A stretch of DNA of 64,000 bases, from the NCBI GenBank assembly GCA_051362555.1, contig CM120641.1:47684401-47748400 (forward strand), read 5' to 3'. Both the position numbers and the translations under genes were made by a program. This stretch comes from Lingula anatina (lineage: Eukaryota; Animalia; Brachiopoda). The notes under the pieces were generated by a model, which was not told the DNA's origin, made no database searches, and saw nothing but the letters and a program-made list of their open reading frames with translations. This document shows, in pieces, positions 52,301 to 64,000 of the stretch (positions are counted from its first letter, which is position 1; every line of letters begins with the position of its first letter).

Positions 52301-54129
52301 ATGGATCATACTTTATTCAAACTAAAGGTATTTATTTTTTCTCCCTCACCGACACCGCTGCGGGCGACCAATGATTCCTCCAGATAAGCTATGTCAAAAA
52401 TAGAAAAAGCATACAATATTAGTAATATCTTGAAAAGCCTTAATTTCCACCAACATTGGAGTATTAGCGCAGTGCAAGCGGTGCGTATGTCGTTAAGCAG
52501 AAACAAAATATTATTCCTCGTCTTCTAAAGTCGCAGTCGACCCTTGAGCAGTTAGGAGAGAATGGCGGAGGCAGGAAAACACGTTCTATCAAAATTAATT
52601 GTTTCAATATAAGGCACTGCTTAATTGAAACGAATTGTCCGTAAGGGCGTAACACTTTAAGGTGTAATGTTTAATTGGACCGCTGAGTTCAATTTCAGCT
52701 ACTATTATCCGTCGGTAAAATGTTAGGGTGGCCTTTATGCTACCAATTCATTTATACTCATGCCTATTTGACATGGTGCATTTGTGAGTTCGTTTAAGCT
52801 TGCAGAAGCAAATTAAACTCGGCTTTTACTTCATAACCTGCTCTATCCACATTGTGAAGGTGTGTGGATTGTCGCTTTCAGGGAGATGTGTATATTTCAG
52901 ATTTCCTCCTATTCTGAACGGAGCGAAACAATCGTAACAATATCAACATTGTTGATAAACACGACATAGTCGACGATCGGTCGCAAAATGCTAAATTGTC
53001 GTTTTAGCTCTTTATATTTGGTCAGTATTTTATTAATTCCGCCACCAAATGGTCAAGACTGGACAATGGTCATCGGCCGCAGGTATTATTGGGGTATTTT
53101 TCGGGTCAGAGGACAAGGACAGAGTTAGACAAACAATACCTCAGGATTACTTCGCTTGACTCTAAACACGAGGTGTCAGCAAATACAGAGATTTTACTCC
53201 AAAATATAATGATACCCCAGAATTTCTTTTCCTCCCTAAAACTTCATGTTGGAGTAAGGATTAGTGACGTTATGAAGGAGTACTGGATGCGAATTGTAAA
53301 ATAGAGATAAAGACGAAATAAATATTTTATTTATCAAAACAGCACCATTTTTGTCGACAAAGTAGAAAGAAAATAAATGACTTTTTTGAAAAACGTACCC
53401 TTAGTCAGATTACAGGAGTTTGGACGTGACAGGATAAATGATAGTTATTGTGGCGTTCTTTGAAAAGTCACGATATCTGACAAGTACTAGAGGCCAAAGC
53501 GTTTGGCCCACAGAAAGCTGCTATTTCTACCTTTGGCTGATTATCTAGAGGTAGGATCTTGCAAACGGGGAGGTTAAATTATCATTTCGTATCCAGTTGC
53601 ACTGATTCCCGGTGCTTGTTACCAAGTAGTATTTCTAGCAGTGACCTACACAAGAATGGCGTGCCAGAGTGGATGTATCGCCAGAGTAGAAACAAAATTA
53701 ATTAAAAATGACGGACTCGAAAGATCTAATAATTATCACGATGATCGCAAAAGAAATCGACTCAAGATTAAATAATAGATGGGCAAGTCGGGATTAATCT
53801 GCACTACAAGATGCATTATTTATGTCATACGAATCAAGGAAATCAGTTTGACGGCCCATCACGAAGAATTATACCTCGAATCTTCAAATTGGCCAAGTTT
53901 ACCTCGGAATGTCGTGTAAATGACACAAGGTCACCTGGATACCGATGACATTCGAGGACGGACGAAGATGAACATCAGGCAAAATGATTTTCATAATGAA
54001 AAATATCTTACTACTTCAAGTTATGTTTAAGAGGAAGACAGAGGCATGTCTTTTTTTGTCTGTTCATCCTACTAATTTTGAAATCGTCATTATCATTATA
54101 TCTAAATAAATCTATGTTTTGTTATTGTT

Positions 54130-54135
<6 letters not shown>

Positions 54136-54175
<40 letters not shown>

Positions 54176-54200
54176 GGAAGAGAGAGAGAGAGAGAGAGGA

Positions 54201-54240
<40 letters not shown>
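54136..54240. repeat. (GA)n microsatellite, ~100 bp
   Basis: Direct inspection. Confidence 0.9.
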
Positions 54241-57200
54241 TTTAATAAAGAATCATATACACATGTCAAGAATAAAGCTGATAAATAGATGATGTCAATA
54301 TGAGAATGTCAGCATTATATCTCGTTATGTCAAAGGTAGCAGCACGGCTGGCAAATCTTATTAGCACGACAGTCTAACATAACACTAACTTTGAGGACAA
54401 CTTAACTCTGGAATATGCTTTATGCTATCATCTATCGAGATACGACTTAACCTGCGCAGCCCCGAAATAAATCGCTGCTCGAAGAAGCGCGAAAAAATCT
54501 GAGTAATTTCCCACAATTTGGCCCCACATCGCGACATTACGACCGTCAAGGGGTTGTCACCGAATCCTCGGAAACGGTTCCATCGTGCGTGGCTGCATTT
54601 TCTCAAGCTGAGGGTTCGGATTTCGCTAAAATCAATTGAGGAAATTGCACCTCGACTAAAAATTAAGTAAAAGTGCATGTCTGGGTGATGTGATGGCGTG
54701 TTGGCTGGTAAAGTAACACTAGTCAAATATTGTAACGGCAATACTTTTCTATTTAACATACGACTTCAAGTTTTCTATTTCTCCGCTTCCAAACAGAAAC
54801 TAGGAAAACGTTTCCTTACCAAGAAAATCACTCAGCATCCGGACTAATAAACAATTGGCAGATCAGAATTGAAGGAGTTACGTAAACACTTGAACGCAAT
54901 CTAAATCCTCGCTAAGTGTTCATTAATTATTTTCTGATTTATTCACCGTGAAAATTTGCATAGATCTAAAAGATTTAAATCGAACATTTCATAATTTCCA
55001 TTAATCTGCCTATAATCTGATATATTGAACAATAATAGCACGTCGTTTTTTTATGAAGGATTTAGCGTAGACGGCGGCCTAAAAGACGAGTGGAATGAAC
55101 TCCAGATAAAGACGGCGGAAGGGAATATTTGACACCGAAAGCGATTGAATACATGTCAAAATTAAGTTGTCGATTTTGACACCGCGATGCACTCACAAAC
55201 GGGAAGCCTTCCTTGAGTAAAATACACAAGCACAAGTTGAGATTTTTCTCCATCAGTGGGCTTTCTCGGCGGCAATTTCCCGCGATTAAGTTACCATCTT
55301 TCGATCGGCAGACGCAATTAACTTGTAAACTGTTCACAGGATTATCACCAACTGCTGTTTAATTGACGATTAATTAATGTACAAACATTCGTGCAGTGGA
55401 TTAAGTTTCAAACTGCACTTAACCCTGTTAACAGTTATTTTGTAGAGAAAAAATAACACACGACTGGATCGAACTAGCCCCTGCCAAGATCTCAGAGGAC
55501 TAACACGCGTGAATACTTCTGTGGCAAGCTTGCTTTTTCAGCCGTTGCACTGATGATTGAATCGTTAATCAAGAATTATTGTCAATTCATAGTAAATTAA
55601 CACCAGTGATGATTACAGATATCCGGTTATTTAAAACAGAGGAGTAAAGAACACCCTTACTACCGAAGACAAATGTGAAAAAAAGTAAGAGTGAAAGACT
55701 AGGAATAACATAAACTGAATAGCAGCGTTTTCACACAGCAGATTGCCAAAAATCATTCGAAAGAACCGATCTTATGTAACTTGAATAAAAGGTACAACAA
55801 ACAGCATATTGTATAAAGTAAGTTGGGTTTGATTTACTGAATCAACTCCTAGATAATGCTACTTCTCTAAGTACCTGCCGTTTAGTCTACTAATTGATCT
55901 ACGGTAGGCAAGCAACAGGCTCAAGTGGTCCGCTGTTCCGTCTAACGCCAAACAATTAATGTTTATTTTCTGAGATCCATTCTTAAGGGGAACAATAAAT
56001 ATTCTATCAAGTGAAATTTCATCTTTAAATTAGTTGTTAATCTTTATTCATGTTCCATCGGAAAGGACTAAGAGAAAATCTATAAGGACAGAGCACTTAC
56101 TTTGTGGCGGTGTATATCGATGAATTAAAAGATTAAGCTTTAAAGAGAAAGAAAAAACTGACGTTTCCTAAACTAAGCAAACATATTTATTGATTCTAGC
56201 TATCGGCTGTACTACAGGCTCTGTAAGACAGAGTATTTTTGTATTGAATTGAACGAACTGCACCGAAACGATTCCTTAAAAGTTGAGGAATAGTAAAAAA
56301 ACTAATTGAATAAAAGAATAGGCCTACAACATCCTTTTTGAGTTATAGATAACTATATTTTTTACATAGGCTTGGTTTAAAATCTACGACAGCCTATCGA
56401 GGTATATTTAATTTCGACATTTATTTAACTTATACGTAAAATGATGTTTTTAAATTCTATTTCAGTAAGAAATCAATGACATTTCCAAAGTGAAAAACCA
56501 TTGATTTTCACTGTGAACACAGTTAAACCCCTGTCACTTTCCTTTCTTGCCAACTGGAACAATATACAGCAACTTTTCACAACTTAACGTGAATAATATT
56601 AACCCCTCCTTATTTCTCCCACAAAAATCCTTCTTCAATAATAACACGACCAATCACACTTTCACATTTACATTTGTACAACCATAATAACACACCCAGA
56701 CCTCCTCCATTCATCTCTCATGATCTTACATCAGATTTCATGCTCTATAAAGTTAATAAGATGGGAAGCGTTCCTACCCCCTCCAGTATACCACTGACCC
56801 AGGGGGGCTAAGTGGCTACTCTATCGTCCATGCGACACCCCTCCTGTCCTTGCCAGATGTCCCCTCTACTGTTTGTGCTGCGGCATATGGACATAACGTA
56901 TTAGAGTACCTAGCGGTGCTAATAATCGAAATGCGAGCTTGGCAAATTCAATTTTTCTTGACGCTAATCGGCTCCTAACGGTCTATTAAACGCTGTCTTT
57001 AGTTTCTTTGAACAAGATCGAAGGCAACACAAATGCGACTTGGTTTCAATATTGAATTAAATGATAGTCATTGCAGACTGTCTTTGATATAATTTCTTTT
57101 AAACGAGGTTTTCTTTTCCCCAAGAGAATCTGAGACATGAGTAATCTTAGATTGAAATATAAATTTAATATCTTTTTCTATTAGCGTTAGGTCTGCATCA

Positions 57201-58635
57201 AGAGTGTGTAAATTAGAGCAAGGAAAGGGGGCTTGCAACGCTTCTGGTTTTATCCGAACCAAATTACGCTCTTTTGTCCGTGGAGAATGGAATTATCGTC
57301 ACTATCTCCTTGAAGACACAAGATAAGTTCATTTTCAAACAGATATTGATCGAAGCATGGCGGCTAATTGAACGTAAAGAGTTACACTCGTTGTTCTCGG
57401 AGGCTTGGGCTTCAAGCAAAGCGGATCTGTTTTCCCCCTGATATCTTCACGTAAATAGACTCGATTCCCGTAATCAGGGATGGGCTGAATAAACTTGTTT
57501 TTCTAAAAATCAGAAACCGCGAAAATTAGGAATTTAATGAACCCTTCTAAAATGGCCTGAATTGACAGCGGAAAAAAGATACTGAGACATTTATTTATCA
57601 GTTCCAATGTGAAGTGATCGGATCGTGCACTAACTGACGCGCTAAAGGCTCAACGCATTCAGGGAATGTGTATATTTGCATTTTAAAATAAACACGGTAT
57701 CTATTATAAATGACATATCTAATGGTTGGTTTAATCCTGATAACGACCCCTATCGCCCGACGCCTTGGGGCGGGTATTATACCTCTTTATTGCTTGATTT
57801 TATTTAAATTAGTGAAAATATTGACCAAACACGCACATTTGAAATACGTGAATGTATGTTTTAGCCTTTTGATCTCGCATGTGCTAGGTTTCTGTTTGCA
57901 GTTACATTTTATTTGAAAGGGTATAATGCGCCTTTGAATGCGATTGACTCCCAATTCGAAGCGTACAAGTGATTGAGTTTCGCTGCTAATGCTTGGTTCC
58001 TCCACTTCAACACTGAAGGAGGCAGCACATAAACTGATCAAGACTCCTAGTCAACACGACTGTAAAGGCAAATTTCAACTATCTGACCAAACTATAATCG
58101 AAGAGAAAACACCTCTTGAATGTATTTCCCTGATCATTCAATAGTCTTCAGAATTGCCATTGTTCGCCAGAAAGGGTTTAAGAACCAAAAGTGGAATTTG
58201 GGATCCCCTTGTGACGGCTTAAAATCAGGTGTTCTCAGTCGGCTCTTGTGTCTGGAGAGACACAGTATTAATGAATTGCCAGGTGTGATTAACTATCAAT
58301 ACGGCGAGTAAACAATCCCGAATAGAGTCACAAATATTGGCAGTAAAAAGGTGTTATAATCTGGAGAGTATGGGTTTGTTATCTCTCCACTGCACAAATA
58401 GGAAGGCTCAATTATGGCAAAGATGAAGACGTCCAAGTTGTGTAGTAAGGCACGGCATAAGTGGGAAAAACGTTTGCAAAAAGATTATCTTCCTCTAGGC
58501 ACCTCATGTGCGAGCAGGACGACAGCGTGCAACTTGACGCCTGTTTTTTCATGATGACATTTTAGTTAGGAATAAATGTTCTTCAAGCTTCAAAAGAAAC
58601 AGGTTAAAACTCACTACATCAAAAGCGTTACGCCA

Positions 58636-58636
<1 letters not shown>

Positions 58637-58677
<41 letters not shown>
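58637..58677. repeat. poly(A) tract
   Basis: A run of ~40 A; no retroelement body is recognisable upstream. Confidence 0.85.
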
Positions 58678-58680
<3 letters not shown>

Positions 58681-60198
58681 GCAACAACATATTTTATATT
58701 ATAAAAATGTTATACTCTGGTCCAATTTATCAAAAACCATTCAACAATGCTTACACCCCCCCCCTCCAGCCCTTCCCCAAAGAAAAAATTATCCAAGAAA
58801 ATCACACTGACGGAAATCAAATGTACAAACAGAGAAGAGAATTAAGTTCGGAAAGTAAGGTGACTAACCGTTTTGTCCATGAACACTGTCTAAATTACCG
58901 GGTGCTCTTCGTCGACCCCCACTGGTCGTGCCTCACAATATGTACGCTCATCTGCGTAGTTTTAAATTTAGTAGCATTATAATCAATACGTGTATCAAAA
59001 AACTCCACACTGGATTTGTTCATCCTTCAAAGTTACAAGTTTATCGATTCCAGAGGGGTTTAAAGTAATATCATGTCTTCAGTAAAAGTTAGAGGAGTTT
59101 ATCAAGGTGTGTGCGATCATTCCAAGTCCCCCCCCAACCCCCACCCCGTATTAGAACAAGACAGAGAGATCGAGAAAATTAATGAACGAGTATTTGTCAA
59201 GAAAAAAAGGTTTTATGTGTCCACTGAAAAGAGTTGTTTTATATAACTTCTCTCTTCTAGGGTCTCGGTAACCAATGTCTTTTTGCGATTTCTATTGGAA
59301 TGTGTTGGTTAAAGGATATTCTTAGTTTATCGATCCGAATTGAATAGCATTGATTTAGTTTTGTATTTAAATCGCTTTTCGACTTATGATTAATTCAAGT
59401 TAAAAGAAACACGAACAAATCGCTCCATTTTAGTAGTTTATCTACGTGATGTTTTGATTGCATTTTATCGACAAGATTGCTTTGTTTGGCGTTGTTGTTC
59501 ACTGTCAAATTTTCAAAGTAGTGTAGTTTTTTTTACCTGAAGCAACATCCGAGACTACAAGAAAGAAAGAAAAAAAAAACGGTACAGAAAGAATGAGAGT
59601 GAAATTACATCAATATTTCATTTCTAAATGGAATTATTACCAGCATCACCGCTACAAGCAGGTTGGAGTGACTCTCGCTGAATAATCCAACAATTTACGG
59701 GAGGCTCTTTCTCCTTAAGCGAAAACTAGACACAAGAAACCCGCCTGACGTCTTTTAACTTTATTAACATTTTCGTCTACCTTAGTGAAGGGACGCCGCT
59801 GGTAGGGAGTTGGCAGTAATTTTCCGCAGCTTGAGCGCTTAACGAGGAGGGAGGAGGAGGGTCTAATTGATTCAGTGAATGTAGAGAATAGTTTACACTG
59901 GTCTCCAAAGGTGCAGGTACACCTGAACGCTGTCTGACACTAATGGTGCACCTGTGTCCCTCTCTGAATTATAATTCTTTTATTTTCTTCTCTTTAAGCC
60001 TGCTGTTGAGTTTGAAAAACGATTTTTATTGACACTGATAGTTAAAAAAAACTTCAATTATTTTTCTTCATACATGGTGCGCTGAGTTATTTTTATTTGA
60101 AAAGATCTCCATATCTTTGGAAATAATAATTATTAAAATGGCTGCTTGCAAAATCTAAGATATCCGGTTCCAAATAAAAACATTTAATATGCACACGC

Positions 60199-60200
60199 AA

Positions 60201-60255
<55 letters not shown>

Positions 60256-60256
60256 A
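60199..60256. repeat. (AAAT)n microsatellite
   Basis: Direct inspection. Confidence 0.9.
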
Positions 60257-63200
60257 ATTTAAATGGAACAAAAAATCACTTTGTTTGCTTCAATGACTCA
60301 TTTCTAAAAATATGTTCTTAAAAGCATCAAGATGGAATAGAATTTCGTCTCCCCCTGTATTTCGTCTCTCTACAATGCACCGTATGACCAAATTGCATCA
60401 TCTGCGGCAGTCAGGGGGACTAATTGAATTGTAATGGCCGAAAATGATCCAACCCTTCTATAGGTAATCAATAGCTACACAGGGATGATACTTGGCATTT
60501 ATTAATTTAAGCTGGACTGTGCCCATCTCTCCAGTGATGAGACGCTATCCAATCCTTGTCGTTGTGTAACCGATTTGAATAATCACAGAGATGATATAAT
60601 GCCTCTGAAAAGAGATGTCAATGCTAGTGAAACGATAATCCGTGCATCCAATTTGCGGGAAATTCGATTCTTCTGACTTTAAATACATTTTTGTTCGGCA
60701 ACATTTTGACTAATGAGGGGCAGGGAAAATGACGGAACAAAGACACAGGGCTGAAAGTGAGCTTCGATTTGAGTAAATGACCACCGGTTAGCAAGAACAA
60801 GTGCGCCGGAGAGGAGGTCAGCGGGGAAGAAATGGACAGATGGCCGAAGAATGTACCGAAACCTCCTTCCTTTTCTCTCCTCTGACAACTAAATCTACTT
60901 TCACTTACCGACAATGAAAAGAACAATGCCTACACTAAACGACAAATTGCATTAAGTGAATTATTAGCTCACTTATCAAAATGTTTCAGCTGGGGAGGGG
61001 AGGGACACAGGTGCCTAGATTAACTACTGCGCCCTTCCTTCCATCTTGAAAACCATTAAAACTCAAAAGCCAACCAAAAGCCAACAAAAATAACTGTGAA
61101 GCGCTTTAAATTGATCTTTAAATCATATGAAAGTACATTTTATTCTGTATGATATGTCACTTGCGATATGATACACAATATCTACAGTTTACAAACCCAA
61201 GTTGGTAAAAACATGTATCAAAGGGGCATATTTGGATAATCATAACATTTCCAGACATATTTCTTGAATGAAAAATGAACCATTTCAAAATTCAAAATTT
61301 CCATAACATACATGACAGAAAATGTTATCTTCATAATTCACCAGGGCATAAATTAAAAAAAAAAGGAAAATAAGAAATAATTTAAAAATAGAGAATTGAA
61401 ATAATAACAAAAAAAAAAAAAAACCCCACATTGTGTTGGTAAGGTTAAACAAGTGTGACAAGTAAAAAAAAGCAGAAACTGACAGGAAATAGAAATTTAG
61501 ATAATGCTTCACGCACGCATCAAAATCACACCATAGGACCAAACAAACAAATGATGTTATCAACTCTAGCATAAGTGTTTATTGCTGCTTTATGATTTTT
61601 TTTCAACAAAAGAGACATGAGACGATGCACCATATTTCAGGAGCAGAATACACGAGAGCGTGCTAGAAGAAAACTTTCATGTGAGAAATGCACAAATCAG
61701 CAAGTGAGAAACGTTGCAATCTGAAGTCCTTCAGTCTCCATTCCTTGAAAAGTAAGCTCGGCTGGAGTGTAGTCGGGAGAGATAATAGGGCACTCCATTT
61801 GAGTTGGTGTCTGTTACGTCGGTATTCAAGCTGGTTTGACGGACTTTTCAAGACTCCGGCATCGTGTTTATTCAAACCGAAATTTTACATGTAAATCTAA
61901 GTGACAAGCTTACTGAGGTGGAAGAGGAAGAAATCCAATTTAGTGGTTCACGTGGAGTATATGTATGTTTAGAGCTCTTGAAGATTCAAAGTTCAATAAT
62001 GGGGCGCGGTGTAAGTTTACAGTCTACATGGTTCGTTTATTGTCAGGAGGAGCAGACGATAACGGAACGGAACGTGCCTTGGCTTTGGTAGACACCCGGA
62101 GAAATTAAAACAATAAAAAATGCTTGAAATAGATTCCACAAATTAGTGTTAACACGTCGTACAAATGCAATATTCTTCAACATTGTTCTTTGCACGTGGC
62201 TAATACGTGTAAAACCTATGATTATCTAACAATAAAAATTTGGCATTATCATATAATTGTAGCGGCGCCAGTGTAATTTAAACTTTGAATATGAGTCTTT
62301 CTCGAGATAGTCGTTGAATCGAAAGTTGGATCAGGTGGGGTCTTCTTTCACAAGTCATCATTATCCGTTGAAAATAAATCAATTTTGAGTAAAAAAAAGG
62401 TGCCATATTTCGGGGATCATTCTCACCGACTGCCTCCCTTAGTGGAGCCTCCAACGATTTCGATAGTTATTTCAATATGGCTTCGCTGCGTCAAAGTTGA
62501 CGCGAGCTTGTGCGATCTTTGCCATTCTTGACGTCTGCCACCCCACGTCTTCTGCACCGAAAATATTGTTCAGTCACCCGGATGGAGACGCTTTTGGATA
62601 GAGGTCACTTCATACAAAAGTCGGTTGCGTTAAAAAGTTAAGGGTTGATACAGATAAGACCGCCATGTCTTTATGATCTAGTCCTCACTGATGGCGCATA
62701 AAACTACCGACAAAAAGGGGGGGGGGGGTGACAGGGGACATAATTTTTTTATCACTCGTTAAGAACCCGTTTATTAGAACACCACTAACATATCCCAAAA
62801 GTGATGATTTAAAAATAGCTTATATGAGATCTGCAATTTGTTGTCAGGGATACACTTGCTTCCAAATATCTATAATTTATTCTCTGCGTTACGTTAGGAC
62901 TTTCTGACGCTTTTTTATGCGTTTCATAACTTTCAGAGCACTTTTCCCTGATGTATTTAATACTAGCAATCTCTGGGATCCGTTAATGGATCTATCTCAG
63001 TATCACCTCGCGGAAATTAATACAAAGTAGCGCGATTACTTTATCGCATCACATTTCCATCAAATTCGAGGAAAAAGTCGTTTTCTTTTACTGTATTTAG
63101 ATTTTTGCATGTGGTTTGCTATTGTCAGAGGAAACAAGATTGCATTTAATGTTTATCTTCGAATAAACATAGCATGCTATAAAATATTGAAATAATATCT

Positions 63201-64000
63201 TCATCTAAACAAACCAGAAATCCATCAATACTGATTTACAATACAGAAGTCTACAATTACAGGCAGGAGAACTGCGCTGTCATTGCGGTTCATAAAAACA
63301 TGGAAATTCATCCAATTTTTTAAAATATCCATATTTACTCAAATGTGTTTTCACTGATACCATACTGAAACCTGCTTTGTCCAGCAGAGGGCAAACACAA
63401 GCTAAAGATTACTCATGTCAGACAGGCGTTAATTTTGACATTTTTTTTTTCTTTTTCATTGCGAATGGAATAGTTTTGCAATTGCTTCCTACAACCTACC
63501 TACTGCCTGTAAAACAGATAACAGGAAATAATGACTGATGTTGCATTACAGTAACAAGATCGGGTATGCATTTCTTTATAAAATGTATTTTATTTCACAG
63601 TGAATCTGCTTCGCTTTGAACAAAGATAAATAGAGCAAACCCGCTCGTGATTGGAGAATGCTTTTACTGGGTAATAATAATTGGCGTGGATGTATTTTTT
63701 TTTTTTTTTTGAAATATTGAAACATATTTCAAAGAAAAGGATAGGGTGGAAGTTGAATCAAACTATATTATACTATATTCAACGCTTGTGTAAAGCACGG
63801 TGGCAAACTTTTTAAAGAAACAATCGGTCTAGGACCCAAATACCACTTACGCCAAGACAACTCATTTTTTTACCCGAGATAAATTAACAGTTCTCATGTA
63901 ATCATAATAGAATATAGAACAATATGCGTATATTTACAGCAACATATGTACAAGAAAATATTTTAATTGTAAATGCTCATGCACTAAAATAATGAAAAAT

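Noticed and set aside
30029-62091. Numerous 60-130-aa ORFs in the right half
   Set aside because: They have no recognisable domains, many start at non-ATG codons or run through microsatellites, and no phase-consistent exon chain was found.

Overview
AT-rich eukaryotic (metazoan, invertebrate-like, possibly lophotrochozoan) genomic DNA with spliceosomal GT-AG introns. It is not prokaryotic. The first ~30 kb is gene-dense. It holds (i) the 5' end of an unannotated minus-strand gene encoding a signal peptide, with a 28-nt microexon, (ii) a 2-exon type II membrane GT32 (DXD) glycosyltransferase with a long Q/P/N-rich stem, (iii) a 12-coding-exon LARP7 on the minus strand, and (iv) an 11-coding-exon GH65 PGGHG/ATHL1-like glucosidase. 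The glucosidase carries an unusual ~700-aa N-terminal extension made of a signal anchor, a Gln-rich stem and 13 copies of an 18-aa repeat. The remaining ~34 kb has no credible coding exon; it is relatively CpG-rich and contains microsatellites, MITE-like elements and enhancer/CTCF-like motifs. All exon structures were assembled by hand from splice consensus and reading-frame phase. Family assignments rest on motifs recognised from memory, and no database search was run.
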